Of a DNA stretch of 53,138 nucleotides, positions 46,703-53,138 are shown in pieces (the first letter of the stretch is position 1; each line of letters starts with the position of its first letter). The position numbers and the translations under genes were made by a program. This stretch comes from Octopus bimaculoides (Eukaryota), in contig NC_068983.1 in NCBI RefSeq assembly GCF_001194135.2, forward strand, positions 153,895,264 through 153,948,401, given 5' to 3'. Under the pieces are notes generated by a model, which saw nothing but the letters and a program-made list of their open reading frames with translations, was not told where the DNA came from and searched no databases.

Positions 46703-49629
46703 AACGATGCCCTTATCGGATTTGAATAGAAGGTACAAGCCATCATTTCCTAGATATATATATACTTAGTTATATATGATATGATGTTTCTAGTATGTAC
46801 ACAGAAATCTGTGCGACAAAAACTAAAGAATAGATAGCAGGGCCACATTCGAATATAGTTTTAAATTTTCCCAACTAGAGCTCATTAAGAGCAGATCAGC
46901 GTAGATCTATATTCAGATACGAAGCTATCATTCGAAAAGGTCTCGAAACCCTGGCCAGTCTTCTGTTGTAATCCGCTCTGGTTTTACTAAACAATATACA
47001 TAGAGAATTTTCCAGCATGTTCCTGTCACAATAATCAATCCCATTTTGTTAGATTTCACATATAGTTTTGTTTTCTTGCTTCCGTCCCTTTCTATTACTT
47101 TTTCTGAAGAGGAAACGATACAGAATTTCTTTTGTTGCGTGGAAAAAAATACCAATATTTCTTAAAGGAAATATTCCATCATATATAAATAGATACAGAG
47201 AAACACAGAAACACACGAATAAGTAAATACATAATATTGCATGGAACACACCCGCATATAAGTACGTACATGCATACAACACATACACACCCACCCACAC
47301 AACCCCCACCCACATGCACACACAAACACATGCGCGCACACACAAACACACACACTCACATATACGGAGAGAAGGAGGGAGAGAGCGGGATAAGTGCACA
47401 GCGGCGGATGAACAGATAGATAGATATATAGATGTATTTGCGAATCTCCAGATATTCCAAGAGAGAGTAAAACATGATATATATATATATGCATGTATAC
47501 ATATATNNNNNNNNNNNNNNNNNNNNNNNNNNNNNNNNNNNNNNNNNNNNNNNNNNNNNNNNNNNNNNNNNNNNNNNNNNNNNNNNNNNNNNNNNNNNNN
47601 NNNNNNNNNNNNNNNNNNNNNNNNNNNNNNNNNNNNNNNNNNNNNNNNNNNNNNNNNNNNNNNNNNNNNNNNNNNNNNNNNNNNNNNNNNNNNNNNNNNN
47701 NNNNNNNNNNNNNNNNNNNNNNNNNNNNNNNNNNNNNNNNNNNNNNNNNNNNNNNNNNNNNNNNNNNNNNNNNNNNNNNNNNNNNNNNNNNNNNNNNNNN
47801 NNNNNNNNNNNNNNNNNNNNNNNNNNNNNNNNNNNNNNNNNNNNNNNNNNNNNNNNNNNNNNNNNNNNNNNNNNNNNNNNNNNNNNNNNNNNNNNNNNNN
47901 NNNNNNNNNNNNNNNNNNNNNNNNNNNNNNNNNNNNNNNNNNNNNNNNNNNNNNNNNNNNNNNNNNNNNNNNNNNNNNNNNNNNNNNNNNNNNNNNNNNN
48001 NNNNNNNNNNNNNNNNNNNNNNNNNNNNNNNNNNNNNNNNNNNNNNNNNNNNNNNNNNNNNNNNNNNNNNNNNNNNNNNNNNNNNNNNNNNNNNNNNNNN
48101 NNNNNNNNNNNNNNNNNNNNNNNNNNNNNNNNNNNNNNNNNNNNNNNNNNNNNNNNNNNNNNNNNNNNNNNNNNNNNNNNNNNNNNNNNNNNNNNNNNNN
48201 NNNNNNNNNNNNNNNNNNNNNNNNNNNNNNNNNNNNNNNNNNNNNNNNNNNNNNNTATATGTTTTATCTTCAAATATTTTTACTGACCATTTCTTGTCAC
48301 CTGTTATGTTATAACTCTAATCGATAATTTATATGCACTGATTTAAATCTCAGCATTTTATCAACTGTTTATTGAACCCAAAGTCTTTGTTTCATACCTA
48401 CAAATCTATTAATACATATGATATAAATGATCCAGAATCGAAATGAGCAAAAAATTGCAATAAATTACTGTACTACGGTTGATAGCTTCTCGAAATGTCA
48501 CAGCAACCAATAAATTATCGCAGACCTGAGCGTGGAGTTAATTGGCTCAATTATAATCGTTGATATTAAGTTAGTGACTTCAAATTTTAAGGAACAATAT
48601 ATGGTTATTTATATTGATCTGATAACGGAAAGAAACTTAACTAAGTACCGCTAGTTATGTTTGTCCATGACCGTGTAGATTTTGTTATAGCTGTAATATG
48701 AAATATCGATAGACATCAAAATCACTATACGAATAGTGAGAAACAAAGAGGCCACAAACGGACATATGGTAAACTATATAGGAAATGCAACAAAGGCAAC
48801 TAGACCGGGTTTTGTTATCAAAGTCCATCAGAAAAAACATCTGACATTCTATAAAAGAATCTGTCCCTTTACCTCTGAAGGTAATGGAAATTTATCCTAA
48901 TATATACTCCTGCAAATTAACAAAATCAAACTGTAATGTTGAAAAGCAGAAATGATAATAATTGCCCTGGTAGTGACTGCAGCAAAAATGTAAAAAGAGG
49001 TGCACTCTCTTGTGCAGTATTTACAAACACTGAACAGGATATCTACCAATTTCTGCTTACAGGATTAATACCAATGTTACAAGGGGCATGATAAAATGGC
49101 TGACGATGTATATGAAGATGGTGATACAATAATGATGATGATGAAATAATGGAGGTAATGATGCAAATGATAACAAAAGTGACAATAGTGAATTTAGTGA
49201 AAATCATGGTAATAATGATGATGTGAAGATTAAAATAACCATCCGGTCATCATAAACAAAGACAACAAATTATAGCTATCATATTCGAGTAAATCGGCAT
49301 ACCCACAATGACTGCCACTTACGATTTTAAGAAACAATGTAAACTACCTTTATTTGAAATACTAGACATCTCGATTACATTTGAACAAATTCTTTCCTTT
49401 AATCTTTTTTATTCAGGAGAAAATGCAGTACCCATGGTCCGTTACATGGCTTCTGAAATTGATAGGAGGAAGGTATACTCAAGCCGGAACACTAACCTTC
49501 TTACTTATGACAGACTGGAATCCGTTAAGAGCAAGAAAGGTGACAAGCAGTGTTATTATAGGAGACGACGAGTTAACTCGACTAGTACAGTAGACCTTTA
49601 TGGTATTTCAACTGAGAGAACACGGACCT

Positions 49630-49830
49630 GGAAGCAATATATCAAGGCACCTAGCCCAATATTCTTTACATTTCGCCAATCAATGCTTTGTAATTTGCTT
49701 CATCTAAACTGAAATGATGAAATTCAAAGTTGAGCTTGGTGGAATTTTAAATCAAAGTGCAGCGAGTTAAAACAAATGCTAAAAAATAATCTGCCTAACA
49801 ATGTACCGAGTTCACCAATTCGCTGCCTTA
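49630..49830 (-). mobile_element. Degenerate copy of the E1/E2 host SINE family
   Basis: Reverse complement starts AAGGCAGCGAATTGG and contains TTTAAAATTCCACCAAGCTCAACTTTG. Confidence 0.4.
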
Positions 49831-49909
49831 AACTAAAAGTGTGGGAAAGTTATAAACGTACAAATATGTAGAATTGAAAGTAAGATTGTTTTGGAGATAA
49901 AACTGAATA

Positions 49910-49946
<37 letters not shown>

Positions 49947-51554
49947 NNNNNNNNNNNNNNNNNNNNNNNNNNNNNNNNNNNNNNNNNNNNNNNNNNNNTA
50001 TGTATGTATATGTATATATATATATATATATAACCAATTTGAACTATTACCAGTTTATATATTTTTAAACATAAAATAATAGTCTCAAAACAATGATAAA
50101 CACGTTTCTAAGTGAAATGCGTAAATACCTAAATGAGCAAACGTCTTTAGCATTAATAAGTTTGCTTCTTAATCACCAAGTACCGAAATTCATCAGACAA
50201 TGCCAATTTTTATACTATAGTTGACCCACTCATTCAGAGCTGATGGTTGTTTGGTCACGGGTCACGAATACTTGGAGGAAAGAATAAGTGGTCAGTTATG
50301 ATTTGAGAAAAATTTGGGTTGGTTTTTCTAGAAAATTAGTCCACAACGTGGAAACGCCTATGCGTCTTTTTTGTGGTTCCTCATTACCTTGCCAACCCTA
50401 AACTAGCACATAAATGCTGAAATACATATTTCATCCGTACTCATCTGACATTTATCCAATATTCATGGAATAGAAATTCTTGGGAGTTAGGATTTGTTTG
50501 AAATTTCTAACAGAACCCTGTTTAGGATAGTGAATTCTATAGTCAACGCTTATATAAATGCTGAATATGGCAATGGTCAGAATTCAGCATGAGGTAGAAA
50601 TTACTTGATATAGTTACAATAATTTAAAAAATCAATTTTACAAAAAGTTATTGACTATTGAAAAAATTTTCATTTAATAAGATGTCACTAACCTTCGTGC
50701 AAAAAATTTGTATATAATGTGTATTTTAGGCCTATCGTGTATTTTAGGCCTATCGTGTATTTTATGTGTAATTGCTTTTGTCTTTCAACTTCTAAACACA
50801 CGCAGTCAGGGATAATGCATAAAAAGGAAGGCATATTGTTTATTTTCTGTATGTTTTTTCTTGTTTTTGTTTTTGTAAAGGTGTTAATTATTTCCTGTTT
50901 AGTTTCAGATTTAAAAATTCAGAAAGAATTCTCGTTTTGCTTTCTGCAGTTTATCATTTTCATCTAATATTTTGTAAAAGGGCAAAATTTTAAATAGTCG
51001 ACTATTTTAAATATTGACAATTTCTGGTTCAGTTTTTGATTTTAAATTCCTATTAAGTATTCTTCTCTTACATAGTTGATTATTTTCATCTTTTATTTTG
51101 CAAAAGGAGAATATTTTACATATTCCACTTGCACATATGGGACATATCTAAGAGATGAATTTTTAATGTATGTTTACACGACTAATTAATGTTATCCTTG
51201 TTGCTGGTCCTGCAACATGTGTTCGTAATTTTAGACATATTCATGCACGTGTATTTCTGTATACATACGTATATCACTACCCATAGAGAATCGCTAAAAT
51301 GCTTGTTTGCAGATGAAACATTCGGAGATTTTATATGATTTAGAACAAATAGTTCCTCATACGACCAGAGTGAAAGTATGGAGTCTTAGATGTACTAACG
51401 AAATGAACGGAATTCTCCTGGCAAACAGAAATACTACATTCTTCAGCCAACAGTAAATTCTGCTTATGCGCAGCAGAAATGAAAGCATGTATTTTCTCAG
51501 AGCGCTTATTCGTTTTCTGACATGTTCTAAATATAGAATATGATAAAAAATATT

Positions 51555-51555
51555 A

Positions 51556-51636
<81 letters not shown>
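51555..51636 (+). repeat. (AAT)n microsatellite
   Basis: Read directly. Confidence 0.95.
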
Positions 51637-51637
<1 letters not shown>

Positions 51638-52442
51638 TATGGGTTATCTGCATCTCCCACCCTGTCCCTGTGTGATCTCTTTCTTCGTTTCTGTATGAGA
51701 GTTTGCGCCGGTGTGAGAGTGTGTAGACAGATAGATTTACAGATAGAAAAATAGATAGCTACATCCAAAGAGAGAGAGAGGGGGTGAAAGAAAGAGAGAG
51801 GTGTTTGTATAGAAGTTTTGAGTAAATATGTGTGTGTTTGTATGCATATGTTTGTAAGCAGGTTCGTGATGGGGGTAAGGAGAATTGGGTGGGTGGGGGT
51901 GGGGCTTATCAGGAGTTAAATATCAGCATCATTACATGTGACGAGTAAANNNNNNNNNNNNNNNNNNNNNNNNNNNNNNNNNNNNNNNNNNNNNNNNNNN
52001 NNNNNNNNNNNNNNNNNNNNNNNNNNNNNNNNNNNNNNNNNNNNNNNNNNNNNNNNNNNNNNNNNNNNNNNNNNNNNNNNNNNNNNNNNNNNNNNNNNNN
52101 NNNNNNNNNNNNNNNNNNNNNNNNNNNNNNNNNNNNNNNNNNNNNNNNNNNNNNNNNNNNNNNNNNNNNNNNNNNNNNNNNNNNNNNNNNNNNNNNNNNN
52201 NNNNNNNNNNNNNNNNNNNNNNNNNNNNNNNNNNNNNNNNNNNNNNNNNNNNNNNNNNNNNNNNNNNNNNNNNNNNNNNNNNNNNNNNNNNNNNNNNNNN
52301 NNNNNNNNNNNNNNNNNNNNNNNNNNNNNNNNNNNNNNNNNNNNNNNNNNNNNNNNNNNNNNNNNNNNNNNNNNNNNNNNNNNNNNNNNNNNNNNNNATA
52401 TATATATATCCACACAGATGTACAAATGTATACACACACACA

Positions 52443-52516
<74 letters not shown>

Positions 52517-53138
52517 GATGTAAAAATGTATATAAAAGTGCTTATACATTTGCGTGTATGTGTATATATAGTTACAGCTATATGTGTAAACACACATCGG
52601 TGTACGTGTATTTACATGTAAATATAAAAATATAAATATATACATATGCACACACACTCGCAAATATAAATACATTTCTACACACACACGCACACACACA
52701 TACACATTTGCTTATGTCTATATGCATATAGGTATTATTTTATATCTATATGTATGATTAAAAGTATGTACTTTGGACACATATGTCAGACAGAAAAATC
52801 TAATTCAGTTAGGAAAGAGTATTGAATTCTAACTATGAATGAAAACTAATGCAAAAAAATAAGATGTTCTCATTGCTCGTCTTTATATTTATAACTCGTG
52901 CTGTGCCACAGAGCATACATCATCATATGGCTATTAAATATTTAAATCCCCCTGAGAATTCGCATTTCTGACAGGTTAAATACAGTCCAGCCGAGCCGAA
53001 ACTTATTGTCAGAAACCAAATATTGTATGGCAGCGTATACCTCTTTGTATGTACGGTATACACACACACACCATATATATATATATATATATACATACAC
53101 ACGCGCACATGTGTGCGTGTGTGTGTGTTTGTGTGTAC

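Noticed and set aside
50718-50765. 18-bp tandem repeat GTGTATTTTAGGCCTATC x about 2.5
   Set aside because: A short local duplication with no further structure.

Overview
AT-rich, microsatellite-dense eukaryotic DNA with 12 assembly gaps and no host gene I can confidently identify. The SINE families look like those I recall from Octopus/cephalopod genomes (inference). The window is dominated by transposable elements: several tRNA-derived SINE types, R4/Dong-like fragments beside (AAT)n tracts, a CR1-like 3' end, a Penelope-like RT remnant with hammerhead-like motifs, Helitron and Tc1/mariner fragments, and MITEs. Main discovery: two divergent retroelements of about 1.63 kb (2536-4513 on -, 11944-13574 on +) that encode only an ORF1/Gag-like protein with a CCHC knuckle. 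Both sit at the same nucleotide of the same SINE family, after ...GCTTAGCGGTAT, with a (C/T)GGTAT duplication. They share a covarying 3' hairpin and a 3' tail that is also carried by a subfamily of the host SINE. A third relative (about 30100-32175, -) still carries the start of an AP-endonuclease ORF2 and may derive from the autonomous partner. This suggests a SINE-targeting, HAL1-like (ORF1-only) L1/Tx1-type system. All alignments and identities were counted by hand; no database search was possible.
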